Shown here one piece after another: positions 1-10,864 of a stretch of 64,000 nt of DNA. Every line of letters begins with the position of its first letter. Position 1 is the first letter of the stretch. The notes beneath the pieces are model-generated. The model had not been told where the DNA came from. It made no database searches and saw nothing but the letters and a program-made list of their open reading frames with translations. The translations under genes were made by a program, and so were the position numbers. This DNA comes from an uncultured cyanobacterium (GTDB lineage Bacteria; Cyanobacteriota; Cyanobacteriia; Phormidesmidales; Phormidesmidaceae): contig CAWBZI010000001.1 of assembly GCA_963793265.1 (NCBI GenBank), positions 992,001 through 1,056,000 of the forward strand, read 5' to 3'.

Positions 1-81
1 CGCAAAATGGGGTACAAATCGGGGGCGGCTAGGGTACAGTGACCTCAGCTTGTCCGAACTGCTTGTTTCAGTTTGGGGAAG

Positions 82-125
82 TTAGCCATCGGTTAGATGC
101 GGGAACATCTGATCGATGGTGCTAA
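82..125. other. Long intergenic stem-loop
   Basis: TTAGC-CATCGGTTAGATG-cgggaa-CATCTGATCGATG-GTGCTAA; the 13-bp core is fully paired on the + strand with G-U pairs. Confidence 0.55.
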
Positions 126-341
126 GTCAATCGAGTTCTGAAGTAATACTGTGATAAAAATCACAGGCTTGACTACTGACGATAGGGCCATTGTCGCGCT
201 GAGTCAAGTGTGAAAAGTTTGCATATCCTCACAACAAAAGCTTGAGTCAAGCGTCCCTAAAATTACTGTCAGCCGCAGGTACACCGAATTGCAGTTAGCG
301 GTTAGCATGGGGAGTGCTTTTGGTGAGGGGATGGGGCACTT

Positions 342-2216
342 ATGCTAATTAATAACCGATATCATGTGATTCGCGCGCTGGGAGAAGGCGGCTTTGGCCA
401 TGCCTATTTAGCCACTGACCAGCAAATGCCGTCGCAAAGAAAGTGCGCTATTAAGCAGCTTAAGCCGATGAATGATAGCCCGAAAACCTATGAGGTTGTG
501 AAGGCACGGTTTCAGCGAGAGGCCGCTATTTTAGAAAAGCTGGGAGAGGATCATCCACAAATTCCCAGGTTGTATGCCTACTTCAGCGAGAATCATCAGT
601 TCTATCTGGTGCAGGAGTGGGTGGATGGCATTACGCTAAACGCACTCGTCGCCCAGCAAGGCCCCCAGCCTGAAGCCGCAGTCCGTTCGATCTTAGCCGC
701 GCTGCTGCCCGTGCTGACGTTTGTGCACAGTCAGGGCATTATTCACCGAGATATCAAGCCCGACAACATTATTTTAAGGGCCGGTTCACAGCAGCCCGTG
801 CTGATCGATTTTGGCGCAGTCCGAGAGACGATGGCGACGATCATTGACAGTCAAAATAGCCCTCAAAGCTCAGTGGCTATTGGCACACCCGGCTTTATGC
901 CACCAGAACAGGCCGCAGGACGACCGATTCCCTCTAGCGATTTGTATAGTCTTGGGCTGGTGGCTATTTTCTTACTGACGGGCCGGTTGCCTCACTCATT
1001 TGGCACTGACACGCAGACAGGTGAGATTATCTGGCAGTCGGCGGTGCAGCACGTGAGTTCTGGATTTGTGGCGGTGTTAGATAAGGCGGTGAGGTCGCAT
1101 CCACGCGATCGCTTCACCAGTGCCCAAGCCATGCTCAGTGCCCTATCCTCACTTCCCGAAGCCACCGAAGCGCCTGTATCACCCGTCATCCCAGCCAACA
1201 TTCATCCACCCAGCAACCATCTGGCCGTACCACAGCAGTACCATCCGCTTGCCGCCGATAGCACCCTGAAAACAGTTGCTGTTGCACCTGAGCGGAAAGA
1301 ACAGGTTGGCAACGGTTCTACTTCAACACTGCCAAAGGAGAATCTCGAAAAGACTGACATTGGCAATGTTCATACCGATAGCGCCTCAACCCATAATGAC
1401 AATAGCGAAACGCCTCGTAAACGGTTCTCTCCTTTAGTGATTGGGCTAGGCGTTTTGGTGATTGCAGGTGGTGCGATCGCTAGCGGACTCTCCCTAAACC
1501 AATCTCAAAACAGCCCGCCAGCGCCACAAGCAATAGAATCAGCGCCCATCAAAGAAAAGAAAGCGAAGAAACCTAACACAAAAGAGCCAAAGGAAGCCAA
1601 GGTCGCAACCGAAACACAACCCACACTTGATGAACTGCCAGCAGAAACAACAGAACCAGAAGCAACAGAATCCATTGCTGAGAACGCGCCTCAAGCAGCC
1701 GGAGGACAGTTGACGCTCGGCAGCTCCTCAGGCCAAATCCCGATATACAACAATCCTTCTTTCGCAGCCCAGTCGCCTCAATCTGGGGCAAGCGGCGATC
1801 GCGTCACCATATTGCAACAGTCTCAAGGCGCTGACGGCACCTGGTATCGGGTTCGCTTCCCTTCTGGCGCTGAAGGCTGGGTATCCGGGGCCTACGCTGA
1901 TTCATCCAGCTACTCAGCTACCGCTGCACCCACGCCCGCCGTTTCACCCTCAGCGCCCGCACCCGCGCCCAGTCCTGAAGCCTCGCCGCCGCCTGCTGAC
2001 ACCTCATCGGCGCAAATCGTCGGTGCAAATGGCGCTCAGGTAAATGTGTATTCGGCTCCGTCTAGTGATTCGGGGTCGCCTCATTATGGGGTGGCGGGCG
2101 ATCGCATCGACATCATCAACAGCGCACAAGGCGAAGATGGCCGCACCTGGTATGAGGTACAGTTCGACTCAGGCGCAAGCGGCTGGGTCAGCGGTGACTC
2201 GGTAAAAGCGCCTTAG
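342..2216 (+). CDS. Hanks-type Ser/Thr protein kinase with TM helix and two C-terminal SH3b-like domains
   Basis: GEGGFG, AIK, HRDIKPDN, DFG and GTPGFMPPE motifs; TM LVIGLGVLVIAGGAIA; two repeats ending WYxVxFxSGAxGWVSG. Confidence 0.92.
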   Translation: MLINNRYHVIRALGEGGFGHAYLATDQQMPSQRKCAIKQLKPMNDSPKTYEVVKARFQREAAILEKLGEDHPQIPRLYAYFSENHQFYLVQEWVDGITLNALVAQQGPQPEAAVRSILAALLPVLTFVHSQGIIHRDIKPDNIILRAGSQQPVLIDFGAVRETMATIIDSQNSPQSSVAIGTPGFMPPEQAAGRPIPSSDLYSLGLVAIFLLTGRLPHSFGTDTQTGEIIWQSAVQHVSSGFVAVLDKAVRSHPRDRFTSAQAMLSALSSLPEATEAPVSPVIPANIHPPSNHLAVPQQYHPLAADSTLKTVAVAPERKEQVGNGSTSTLPKENLEKTDIGNVHTDSASTHNDNSETPRKRFSPLVIGLGVLVIAGGAIASGLSLNQSQNSPPAPQAIESAPIKEKKAKKPNTKEPKEAKVATETQPTLDELPAETTEPEATESIAENAPQAAGGQLTLGSSSGQIPIYNNPSFAAQSPQSGASGDRVTILQQSQGADGTWYRVRFPSGAEGWVSGAYADSSSYSATAAPTPAVSPSAPAPAPSPEASPPPADTSSAQIVGANGAQVNVYSAPSSDSGSPHYGVAGDRIDIINSAQGEDGRTWYEVQFDSGASGWVSGDSVKAP

Positions 2217-2723
2217 CTCAGGCGGGCATTCACCACCGCCAGATCAAACGCCTCTGGATCAAAATCGCCGTACTTATCCAACAGCTCCAAATAGTCAGGG
2301 TCGTCCGTGTCCTCCAACCGGCCCATCAGCTCATCAAAGCCCCATACGCCGCCTGTATTCTCTGGAGGACAGGCCGCAGCGCCATCTATGCAGATAGGTA
2401 GGGTTGCGGCCTCAGTTTCTGGAGTTTCTGGCTTAATTCGGTGTAGCCAGCCGCTTGCAAAGTCGTAGGTGTAGTAGAGTGGCTGGGATTTTAAGTGGGC
2501 GATCGCCTCGCCCAATCCAGTCTCAGACTCCATCATCTCACCGGTCACCGAAGCAAGCGCTAAACCGATAGTCGTGCAAATTCTCCCAGCCCATCACCTG
2601 CTGCACCACCGTATGCAACTGCGCCAAAGAAATCTGCATCGGGACTAAAACCCGTCGCCATACCTCCGGCTCACTGTCTACCAGCGTAATCTTTAGCTGA
2701 CACATCTCAGGTCGCTGCGCCAT
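2213..2723 (-). CDS. Plasmid pRiA4b ORF-3 family protein (frameshift near 2560)
   Basis: N-part QLKITLVDSEPEVWRRVLVP..LHTVVQQVMGWENLH; C-part YTYDFASGWLH..CIDGAAACPPENTGG; one-base deletion joins the ORFs. Confidence 0.8.
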
Positions 2724-2776
2724 CTAAAAGTCCTTTTTGTATGTTTGGATTTGCTATGGCTACAGCTTAGAGCAGC

Positions 2777-4174
2777 CTACAGCTCTTCGCCGTGCTCATT
2801 TAGCCAATCTTGACCAAGCTGAATCGTAATATCTGAGTCCAAATTGCCCGTGCTCTCTACGCGCACCTCGCCAATACCTAAAAACTGTTGAATAGAAGCC
2901 GCACTTTCTAAATCGCCACGCTGCGCCACAATTCGCGTGTCGTATAGCTCTCGTTCTATGCTACGACCGACCTGCACGTTGTAATAGCCCGTATCGTAGA
3001 GGCTGTTAAGCAAAGACTGAACCGCGACATCATCGTAAGTGCTGTCTTGAATAACCACTCGCAAATTAGAGGGATCGGTGCGCTCAGAAATATTAAAGAT
3101 ATTGCCCGAGCCAAAGTACTGCTCAGCAAGTATGTCAATCTCTGAGTAGTTAGGAATCCAGTAGCTCAGATCGTAGTCTTCGTAGCTGCTAAATTCGCCG
3201 GGCAGCATCAGCATTTGTACGTCAGAGCGATTAGACTGAGCGCCGTAGCCCACTAACGCCACTAGCTCTTCAACCGAAAGATTAGTGTCTACGTTTGACT
3301 GAATTACCGAAAGAATCTTAGGCAAGCGAGCAATTGTTGCCGGGTTTAGCGCCTGCTCTACCAGCGCGCTCATAAACATCTGCTGACGCTGCACCCGGCC
3401 GATATCGCCATTATCGTCGTAGCGAAAGCGCAGAAACTGAAGCGCCTTATCGCCGTCTAGCCGCTGCTCGCCTGCCTTGAGGTTGATATAAAGATGCTGG
3501 CTGTCGTCCTGGTACTTCATGTCCTTAGGCACATTCACCTTCACACCACCAATCGCGTCGATCAGCTTCTCCACGCCCTGAACGTTAATCCGAATGTAGC
3601 GATCAACGCCCACGCCGCCCATTAGCTCACTCACAGCTTTAGCACTCGAAGCAGGCCCGCCGTCTCGATTGGCCTCATTAATTTTGGTGACTTCACCATC
3701 AACATTGGTACGCGTGTCGCGAGGAATAGACATCACGGCAATTCGCTCATTGCGCGGATCGAAGCGCATCATCAGCATCGTGTCTGAAAGGCCCTCAAAG
3801 GAGTTGACGGTAGCGTCATAGCCCTGGCGGTCGATGGCGTCGTAGTCTTGAATGTCTGAGCTGAGGACTTTGACGCCGAGCAGCAGTACGTTGACGGGGC
3901 GTGTGAGGCGTGGCAGTTGGAGGCTGTTAGCGGTAGCGATCGCATCTTCGCTAAAGACAGCGGCTTCTGAAGCTGAGAGGCTGCTTTGCTGTAAAGGCTT
4001 AGCGCCTAGCGAAAGGGCAACAAAGGCTCCCGCTATGGCCGAGATACTCGCTACACCAGCGAGCAAAACGCTAACGCCGACCCATCTAGGGATGCGTGGC
4101 TTTGGCTTAGAGTAGTAGGGTTTGGGCACGGCGGATGTAGAACGTTTTTGGGGAGCACGATTGACAAACGACAC
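2777..4174 (-). CDS. LCP (LytR-CpsA-Psr) family protein with LytR C-terminal domain
   Basis: N-terminal TM; SDTMLM, SIPRDT, LRFRYD..GDIGRVQRQQ; C-terminal SDITIQLGQDW. Confidence 0.92.
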   Translation of the reverse strand: MSFVNRAPQKRSTSAVPKPYYSKPKPRIPRWVGVSVLLAGVASISAIAGAFVALSLGAKPLQQSSLSASEAAVFSEDAIATANSLQLPRLTRPVNVLLLGVKVLSSDIQDYDAIDRQGYDATVNSFEGLSDTMLMMRFDPRNERIAVMSIPRDTRTNVDGEVTKINEANRDGGPASSAKAVSELMGGVGVDRYIRINVQGVEKLIDAIGGVKVNVPKDMKYQDDSQHLYINLKAGEQRLDGDKALQFLRFRYDDNGDIGRVQRQQMFMSALVEQALNPATIARLPKILSVIQSNVDTNLSVEELVALVGYGAQSNRSDVQMLMLPGEFSSYEDYDLSYWIPNYSEIDILAEQYFGSGNIFNISERTDPSNLRVVIQDSTYDDVAVQSLLNSLYDTGYYNVQVGRSIERELYDTRIVAQRGDLESAASIQQFLGIGEVRVESTGNLDSDITIQLGQDWLNEHGEEL

Positions 4175-4311
4175 AGATAATCTCAGGTTATGTGGGCGTG
4201 TTGAACTCGGTTAAACAAGTAAACTGAAATCCTTGCGGAGACACCCTTTCGCCAGATTCCATTTTGTTTTATCAGATGTTGGTGTCTTTTTTTATGAAGA
4301 GTGTGGCACTT

Positions 4312-4707
4312 TTACGGCAAGCGACGGCCAAGTTGACTGACGCCAGGGAGGCGAATCGACTGACCTTTGGCAACGCGGAACATCAGGCCGATGCTCAGCA
4401 AGAAGTAGCCTGAGCCGACGAAGCTACTGGCCAGCAAAAATCGCAGGCTGGCAACTTGAGAGGCTTGGGTAGTCGCTCCGGCCCCGAGCAGGGCGATCGC
4501 GCTGATACAGCCCAACCCAATCACCACCGACAACCGGCTTGCCGATCTCACCTGGGCTCCTTCTATATCTTCAGCACTAGCCTCCCCCTCTCCGTACAAA
4601 GTCCAAAGTGAAGGCAACATGCCAAACACAGGAATCAGGTGAAGATACAGGCGCATTCGCTGAAAGGACGATTGCTGAGAAGTTGGTGAAGCCATAGATT
4701 GCGGCAC
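4312..4707 (-). CDS. Hypothetical membrane protein
   Basis: Three hydrophobic segments; co-oriented upstream of the LCP gene. Confidence 0.65.
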   Translation of the reverse strand: MPQSMASPTSQQSSFQRMRLYLHLIPVFGMLPSLWTLYGEGEASAEDIEGAQVRSASRLSVVIGLGCISAIALLGAGATTQASQVASLRFLLASSFVGSGYFLLSIGLMFRVAKGQSIRLPGVSQLGRRLP

Positions 4708-4833
4708 TTTAAGGGCATTCCAAAGCAGCCTCAGCAGCCTTGTTGACTCATCAGCTTTTGGATTAGACCGAACCCCGACGTATCAAAAAAAATTAATACC
4801 GTAGGGATGGATTCATAAATCCCAAAAAAGTTA

Positions 4834-4874
4834 GCCCGATAACACGGCCCGATAACACAGCCCGTAACATAGCC
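4834..4874. repeat. Short tandem repeat, about 13 bp x3
   Basis: GCCCGATAACACG GCCCGATAACACA GCCCGTAACATA GCC in the divergent intergenic region before acnB. Confidence 0.75.
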
Positions 4875-5030
4875 GCTGGCTCGGTCATTAATCACTGGGT
4901 AGCAGCGCAGATTAATTCACATATTTCTCAGCGTTTAGTCAGCCTCGCTACGGGCAAGTTGCGTAAATTCGGTAGACTGGATAACTGAAAGATCCGCTAG
5001 TCGATTTTGTCTTTTCTAGAGAGTGACCCG

Positions 5031-7628
5031 ATGCTTGAGTCCTATCGCAAACACGTTGAAGAACGCGCAGCTTTGAATGTGCCTCCCCTGCCTTTAGATG
5101 CTGAGCAGGCGGCTGCCCTTTGCGATTTGCTCAAAAACCCTCCGGCGGGTGAGGAAGACTTTTTGATGTCGCTGCTGTGCGATCGCATTCCCCCCGGTGT
5201 TGACCCGGCTTCGTATGTAAAAGCTTCGTTTTTGAGTGCGATCGCCCAAGGTGAAACCCACAGCCCGCTGATCTCACCCAAAAAAGCCGTCGAACTCCTC
5301 GGTACTATGATGGGCGGCTACAACGTGGCTTCCCTAATCGCCCTGCTCAAAGACGAACGCCCCGAAATCGCTCAGCTTGCCGCAGATGCCCTGAAGAAAA
5401 CCCTCCTCATATACGACGCCTTTAATGACGTAATGGATCTGTCCGAGTCCAACGACTACGCTAAGCAAGTTGTAGACGCTTGGGCTGAGGCCGAATGGTT
5501 TACCAGCAAGCCAGAAGTGCCCGAAACCATTACCGTCACCGTCTTTAAGGTGCCCGGCGAAACGAACACCGACGATCTTTCACCCGCCCCCCACGCCACC
5601 ACTCGCCCCGATATTCCACTTCACGCTCAGGTGATGCTAGAGTCCACGATGGAAAAGCCGCTAGAGACGCTAGCTGAGCTGAAGCAAAAAGGACATCCGG
5701 TGGCCTACGTGGGCGATGTGGTCGGCACGGGCTCCTCGCGTAAGTCAGCGATGAACTCGGTGATTTGGCACATTGGTTCGGACATTCCCTTTGTGCCGAA
5801 TAAGCGGACGGGTGGGGTGATTTTGGGGGGTGCGATCGCGCCCATTTTCTTCAACACCGCCGAAGACTCCGGCGCACTGCCCATCGAGTGCGATGTCACC
5901 AAAATGAACACAGGTGACATCATTACCATCCATCCCTACCAGGGAAACATCACCAACGAAGCAGGCGAAGTCATTTCCACCTTCACCCTCACCCCCGAAA
6001 CCCTGCTTGACGAAGTACGCGCAGGCGGTCGCATCCCGCTCATCATCGGTCGCGCCCTCACCGACAAAACCCGCATCGCCCTCGGCCTCGAACCCTCCGA
6101 CATTTTCGTGCGCCCTTCTGCCCCCACCGACACTGGCAAAGGCTTCACCCTCGCCCAAAAAATGGTCGGCAAAGCCTGCGGCCTCACGGGCGTCCGTCCC
6201 GGCACCTCTTGCGAACCGCTTATGACCACCGTCGGCTCGCAAGACACAACCGGCCCTATGACCCGCGACGAAATGAAAGAACTCGCCTGCCTCGGCTTCA
6301 GCGCGGGCCTCGTCCTCCAGACCTTCTGCCACACCGCCGCCTACCCCAAACCCGTAGACGTACAAACCCACGCCACCCTCCCCGACTTCTTCGCCTCCCG
6401 TGGCGGCGTCGCCCTCGAACCCGGCGACGGCATCATCCACTCCTGGCTCAACCGAATGCTATTGCCCGACACCGTAGGCACTGGCGGCGACTCACACACC
6501 CGCTTCCCTCTCGGAATCTCCTTCCCCGCAGGCTCGGGCCTAGTTGCCTTTGCAGCCGCTATCGGCGCGATGCCACTAGACATGCCCGAATCTGTTCTCG
6601 TGCGCTTTAAAGGAGAACTTCAGCCCGGCATCACCCTTCGCGACGTGGTGAACGTCATCCCTTACGTCGCCATCCAAAAAGGTCTTCTCACCGTCGCCAA
6701 AGAGAACAAAAAGAACGTCTTCTCAGGCCGCATTCTCGAAATAGAAGGACTCCCCGACCTCAAGCTCGAACAAGCCTTTGAACTCACCGACGCCTCAGCC
6801 GAACGCTCCTGCGCAGGCTGCACCATCAAGCTCAGCGAAGAAACCACCGCCGAATACCTCCGCTCCAACGTCGCCCTGCTCAAAAACATGATCGCTCGCG
6901 GCTACCACGACGAACGTACCCTCGCCCGTCGCATCGCTGAAATGGAAAAGTGGCTAGAGAACCCCTCACTCATGAGCGCCGACGCCGACGCCGAGTACGC
7001 CGAAGTCCTTGAAATTGACCTCAACAACCTCAAAGAGCCCATCGTCGCCGCCCCCAACGACCCCGACAACGTAAAAACCCTCTCAGACGTAGTAGGCGAC
7101 AAAATCGATGAAGTCTTCATCGGCTCCTGCATGACCAACATCGGCCACTACCGCGCCGCCGCCAAAGTGTTAGAAAACGAAGGCGTCGTCAACGGTCGCC
7201 TCTGGATTTGCCCACCCACCCGCATGGACGAAAAACAGCTCCGCGCGGAAGGCTACTACGGCACCTTTGCCGCCGCAGGCGCTCGCACCGAAATGCCCGG
7301 CTGCTCTCTGTGCATGGGCAACCAGGCCCGCGTAGAAGATGGCGTCACCGTCTTCTCCACCTCCACCCGCAACTTCAACAACAGAATGGGCAAAGGTGCT
7401 CAGGTGTATTTAGGCTCTGCCGAACTCGCAGCAGCTTGTGCCTTATTGGGCCGCATTCCGGCAATGGATGAATATTTGGAGGTTGTTGCCAACAAAATTG
7501 ATCCATTTGCAGATGAGCTATACCGCTACCTCAACTTTAACGAGATTAAGGGCTTTGAAGATGAGGGTCGAGTTGTACCGAAAGAAGACGAAGAGAAAAT
7601 TGAGAAAGAGGCGGTGGCTGCTGGCTAA
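5031..7628 (+). CDS. acnB: Aconitate hydratase B
   Basis: [56 protein letters not shown]. Confidence 0.98.
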   Translation: MLESYRKHVEERAALNVPPLPLDAEQAAALCDLLKNPPAGEEDFLMSLLCDRIPPGVDPASYVKASFLSAIAQGETHSPLISPKKAVELLGTMMGGYNVASLIALLKDERPEIAQLAADALKKTLLIYDAFNDVMDLSESNDYAKQVVDAWAEAEWFTSKPEVPETITVTVFKVPGETNTDDLSPAPHATTRPDIPLHAQVMLESTMEKPLETLAELKQKGHPVAYVGDVVGTGSSRKSAMNSVIWHIGSDIPFVPNKRTGGVILGGAIAPIFFNTAEDSGALPIECDVTKMNTGDIITIHPYQGNITNEAGEVISTFTLTPETLLDEVRAGGRIPLIIGRALTDKTRIALGLEPSDIFVRPSAPTDTGKGFTLAQKMVGKACGLTGVRPGTSCEPLMTTVGSQDTTGPMTRDEMKELACLGFSAGLVLQTFCHTAAYPKPVDVQTHATLPDFFASRGGVALEPGDGIIHSWLNRMLLPDTVGTGGDSHTRFPLGISFPAGSGLVAFAAAIGAMPLDMPESVLVRFKGELQPGITLRDVVNVIPYVAIQKGLLTVAKENKKNVFSGRILEIEGLPDLKLEQAFELTDASAERSCAGCTIKLSEETTAEYLRSNVALLKNMIARGYHDERTLARRIAEMEKWLENPSLMSADADAEYAEVLEIDLNNLKEPIVAAPNDPDNVKTLSDVVGDKIDEVFIGSCMTNIGHYRAAAKVLENEGVVNGRLWICPPTRMDEKQLRAEGYYGTFAAAGARTEMPGCSLCMGNQARVEDGVTVFSTSTRNFNNRMGKGAQVYLGSAELAAACALLGRIPAMDEYLEVVANKIDPFADELYRYLNFNEIKGFEDEGRVVPKEDEEKIEKEAVAAG

Positions 7629-7677
7629 ATAGAACAAACATAATTGTTCTCTGCGGAATTATTTCGCGAGGAAATGG

Positions 7678-7716
7678 AGTGGTAAGTAGCATTGTTTTTT
7701 GTTACTTACCACTTTT
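7678..7716 (+). terminator. Hairpin/terminator after acnB
   Basis: AGTGGTAAGTAGC...GTTACTTACCACT followed by TTT. Confidence 0.55.
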
Positions 7717-8172
7717 ATGAAACTACGTGATATCAAACGCCGTGACCAAGTTCTGCGTACCTATTTTCATGGGCGCGATTGGAATGAGAATAGTGAATAC
7801 GGTCTAAAGCGTCAGCTTATTCAGAATAGCCAAGAGCTATTGCCTGACTATAAGTACGTTGTTGAAGATGAATGGGAAGTTGTTTCTAACCGGCCACAGC
7901 ATGGAAAAGGCGATCTAGTCTTTACCGATGGCAATGGTTGTTTTGCTGTTATTGAGGTGAAGTGGATTGATTTGATTGACTCAACTCGTAAAGGTACGAC
8001 AAGGAGAAATAGCAATACAAAGAAGCGACGGAAGGTTGAATCACAGGCTATAGAGTACGCAGAATGCTATGCGAATTCTGCTGGATTAGATGCAGACAGC
8101 AAAGTTGAGGCTTTCGTATTTACTAATGAGTACCCTTACCTCCGTAAAATAGACGCCTTAAACCAGATATAA
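7717..8172 (+). CDS. Hypothetical protein with PD-(D/E)XK nuclease-like motif
   Basis: EWEV..GKGDLVF..AVIEVK..QAIEYA pattern; AT-richer than acnB by eye. Confidence 0.6.
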   Translation: MKLRDIKRRDQVLRTYFHGRDWNENSEYGLKRQLIQNSQELLPDYKYVVEDEWEVVSNRPQHGKGDLVFTDGNGCFAVIEVKWIDLIDSTRKGTTRRNSNTKKRRKVESQAIEYAECYANSAGLDADSKVEAFVFTNEYPYLRKIDALNQI

Positions 8173-8205
8173 GTCGCCTTTGCTTAGAATTTGTGCAGAT
8201 AAAGT

Positions 8206-8250
8206 ATAAAGTATAACGTACATCGTTAAACGCGGTACGTTATACTTTAT
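8206..8250. promoter_or_regulatory. Perfect 16-bp inverted repeat, probable HigA operator
   Basis: ATAAAGTATAACGTAC-N13-GTACGTTATACTTTAT, 30 bp upstream of higB. Confidence 0.7.
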
Positions 8251-8280
8251 CTGCTGATATGAGATGGTTCTATTTAGGGT

Positions 8281-8562
8281 GTGATTCGGAGCTTTAAGGA
8301 TAAGGAAACTCAAAAAATATTTGAGCGAGTGCGATCGCGCAAGATTCCTTCGGATATTCAGCAAGTCGCCTTAAGGAAGCTAAGAATGCTCAACCGTGCA
8401 GAGACACTTCAAGACCTTCGTGTACCACCAGCTAATCGTCTAGAGCGTCTTGTTGGCAATCGAAAAGATCAATACAGCATCCGAATTAATAATCAATGGC
8501 GAGTCTGCTTTGAGTGGCAAGACGGTGATGCCTTTGATGTAGGGATAGTTGACTACCACTGA
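8281..8562 (+). CDS. higB: HigB (RelE/ParE family) toxin
   Basis: MIRSFKDKET..RKLRML..DLRVPPANRLERL..YSIRINNQWRVCF..IVDYH. Confidence 0.93.
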   Translation: MIRSFKDKETQKIFERVRSRKIPSDIQQVALRKLRMLNRAETLQDLRVPPANRLERLVGNRKDQYSIRINNQWRVCFEWQDGDAFDVGIVDYH

Positions 8563-8572
8563 GGTTTTAACA

Positions 8573-8881
8573 ATGAGTGTAGATAAGTTGAGTCCTATTC
8601 ATCCTGGCGAAGTGCTTCTCGAAGAGTTCTTAAAGCCTATGAACCTTAGTCAAAACCAGATGGCGTTGGCTTTGCGGGTGCCAGCGCGGCGCATCAATGA
8701 GATTGTTCATGGAAAGCGTAGAGTCACAGCAGATACAGCGCTTCGATTAGCACGCTATTTTAATATGTCGCCTCGCTTTTGGTTAGGGTTGCAGATGGAC
8801 TACGATTTAGATATTACTGAAGATGCCGTAGGCGAACAGTTAGATAAAGAAGTTGCTGTTTTGACACCTGATGAGCGATAG
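8573..8881 (+). CDS. higA: HigA antitoxin (HTH)
   Basis: IHPGEVLLEEFL..RINEIVHGKRRVTADTALRLARYF..FWLGLQ; toxin-first gene order. Confidence 0.93.
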   Translation: MSVDKLSPIHPGEVLLEEFLKPMNLSQNQMALALRVPARRINEIVHGKRRVTADTALRLARYFNMSPRFWLGLQMDYDLDITEDAVGEQLDKEVAVLTPDER

Positions 8882-8942
8882 AAGTGGATTGACTAGGGTC
8901 TTTTCTGCAACGCTGATTTGATTTTCGTATTAGGCAAATCCG

Positions 8943-9422
8943 ATGACTGCAAAACTATCCACAGATAGCCTGACAGAATTGTATGATTGCGATGTCGCCC
9001 TCTGGTCGGAGCGGACGGTGGAGCTGTTGCGGCAGGGAAGGTTTGATGAACTGGATTTGGAGAATTTGATTGATGAGGTGGGTGACTTGGGTAGACGAGA
9101 GCGCGATCGCCTAATAAGCTCTATTCGCCTAATCATGCACCACCTCTTAAAGTGGGAACACCAGCCAGAAAAACGTTCTCGTAGCTGGATCAAGACCATT
9201 CAGCGCGAACGAATAAACGTTCAAAGCTATTTAGAGGATACGCCTAGCTTAGTAAGAATATTTGATGCTGAGTGGATGGATAAAGCCTATCGAACGGCTC
9301 GAAAGCAGGCTGCGGTTGAGACAGATTTGCCACTTGAGACGTTTCCACAGCAGTGCCCTTACCAGTGGGCGCAAGTGTTGGAAGACGGTTTTCCAGAAGA
9401 TTTGACTGATGAGCAAAGTTAA
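8943..9422 (+). CDS. DUF29 family protein
   Basis: LYDCDVALW..LDLENLIDEV..HLLKW..RSRSW..FPQQCPY. Confidence 0.9.
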   Translation: MTAKLSTDSLTELYDCDVALWSERTVELLRQGRFDELDLENLIDEVGDLGRRERDRLISSIRLIMHHLLKWEHQPEKRSRSWIKTIQRERINVQSYLEDTPSLVRIFDAEWMDKAYRTARKQAAVETDLPLETFPQQCPYQWAQVLEDGFPEDLTDEQS

Positions 9423-9429
9423 AATTCAG

Positions 9430-10864
9430 CTACAGACTTTCAATCGCACTTCCTAGCTTTGCATGTTTGATGTCACCCCAACGTTGCCCGGACTTGCATT
9501 TTTTAGAGGCAAGTTGCTCAGCGATATCGGCTGAAATTACGACGCGAGCAGGGGCTAGCTGGTTGAGAGATCTGGCGAGTTGGTAGTGATGCGACTGGCA
9601 GAGTAGATTTTCGAGCCGTTGAGCGATTCTTCTTTGGATAGGCTTCGCCAGCTCACACCCCTCAGCCTTATCCAATAGCAAAACATAATGCGCCTTCGGC
9701 TTCATCACGGGCGTCAAGCTCTGAAACCCTGATGCAGGTAGATTCAAGCGATCTATCACATCGCTAACGAACTGAATGTGGAGCTTTTCACCGACCAAAT
9801 CACTGACATCTTTGCCACGTCCGACAAATTTGAGGCAGGGTGTTTTGAGAAAATAGTGCGTGACTTGTACGCGATCGCCCATCCGATACCGGTAGAGCCC
9901 ACCCATTTGAGAAACAATCATCTCATAAGTGTCTCTTTCATTAAGCTGGTGCAGCTCATAAATATCACCCTTTCTATCTTCAAACTCAAAGAAAATCTCG
10001 TCTAGTAAAGGCACCTGGCCCTTAGCGGCAATCAGTGGAACGGTCATCGGCGCTTCGGTAGCAAGAAGTCCCTTCCCTTGAATTAAAACATCGGGAAAGT
10101 GCTGTCGTAGGCTACCGGCACCATCGGCGGCGGTGGCACTGTCCCAACAGGAAATGAGCTTTAGGTGGGGCCATTGCTCGGCGTAGGGAATTTTGGATTG
10201 AATGTAGTCTAGCTGGGCGGTTAGAAAGCTAGGGCTCCAAACGGAGATGATTTCTAAGTCTTTGGTTTGTAGGAGGGTTTTGGCCAGATTTTCTTTGAAG
10301 GCTTTGGGCGATCGCGCAGTCGGCGCAATGACTAAAAACGGTTTTAGCAGCCAGCGTAACCAAGGATCAAGATAGTCAGCATCATCTGTTGTACCTGTAG
10401 AATTTGATTTACTAAAGCTGGGCGAAATAGAGAAATAGAGCTTACCTTTTGAAAACTTAGGGCCGTGCCTAATCAAATCGTGTGCCCATACGCAAAATAG
10501 ATGGTTGAATGAGCGGCGTAGGGAGCGAGTGTATGGAATTTGTTTTACAGGGCCGCTGCTGCCTGATGTGGGTTCGTAGAACAAAATGCGTTCCGGCGTA
10601 AGCGGGCTGGTGTGTGCCGTAGAGCGCTCGATCCAAGGTTGCAGGTCTTCATAGCTCACAATCGGTAGCCGGTGCCAGTCTTCGAGGCTACGCATGTTAA
10701 ACTGTTGGCCATATTCACAAGCTTTAAGCTGCTTGATTAAGCGCTGTTGTACCTTTTGCTGAGCCTGTTGAGGATTCGCTAGTGCTTTGTGAAATCGTTT
10801 GGAAGCAGGGGCTAGCAGGTAGGCGAAAGACTTTTATCCAGCTACGGATGAGGATGTTTCGCAT
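9430..10864 (-). CDS. GH3-family acyl-adenylate/amide ligase (frameshift near 10825)
   Basis: EPTSGSSG, GLLATEA, GGLYRYRMGD, FVGRG..DLVGEKL; the frame stays open upstream (YLLAPASKRFHKALANPQQAQ) and joins ATG 10864 with a one-base deletion. Confidence 0.85.

Noticed and set aside
5042..7471. Many long alternative-frame and antisense ORFs in acnB (also in oxoprolinase, psaAB, pstS)
   Set aside because: These are shadow ORFs produced by extreme third-position bias; the translations are low-complexity with no motifs
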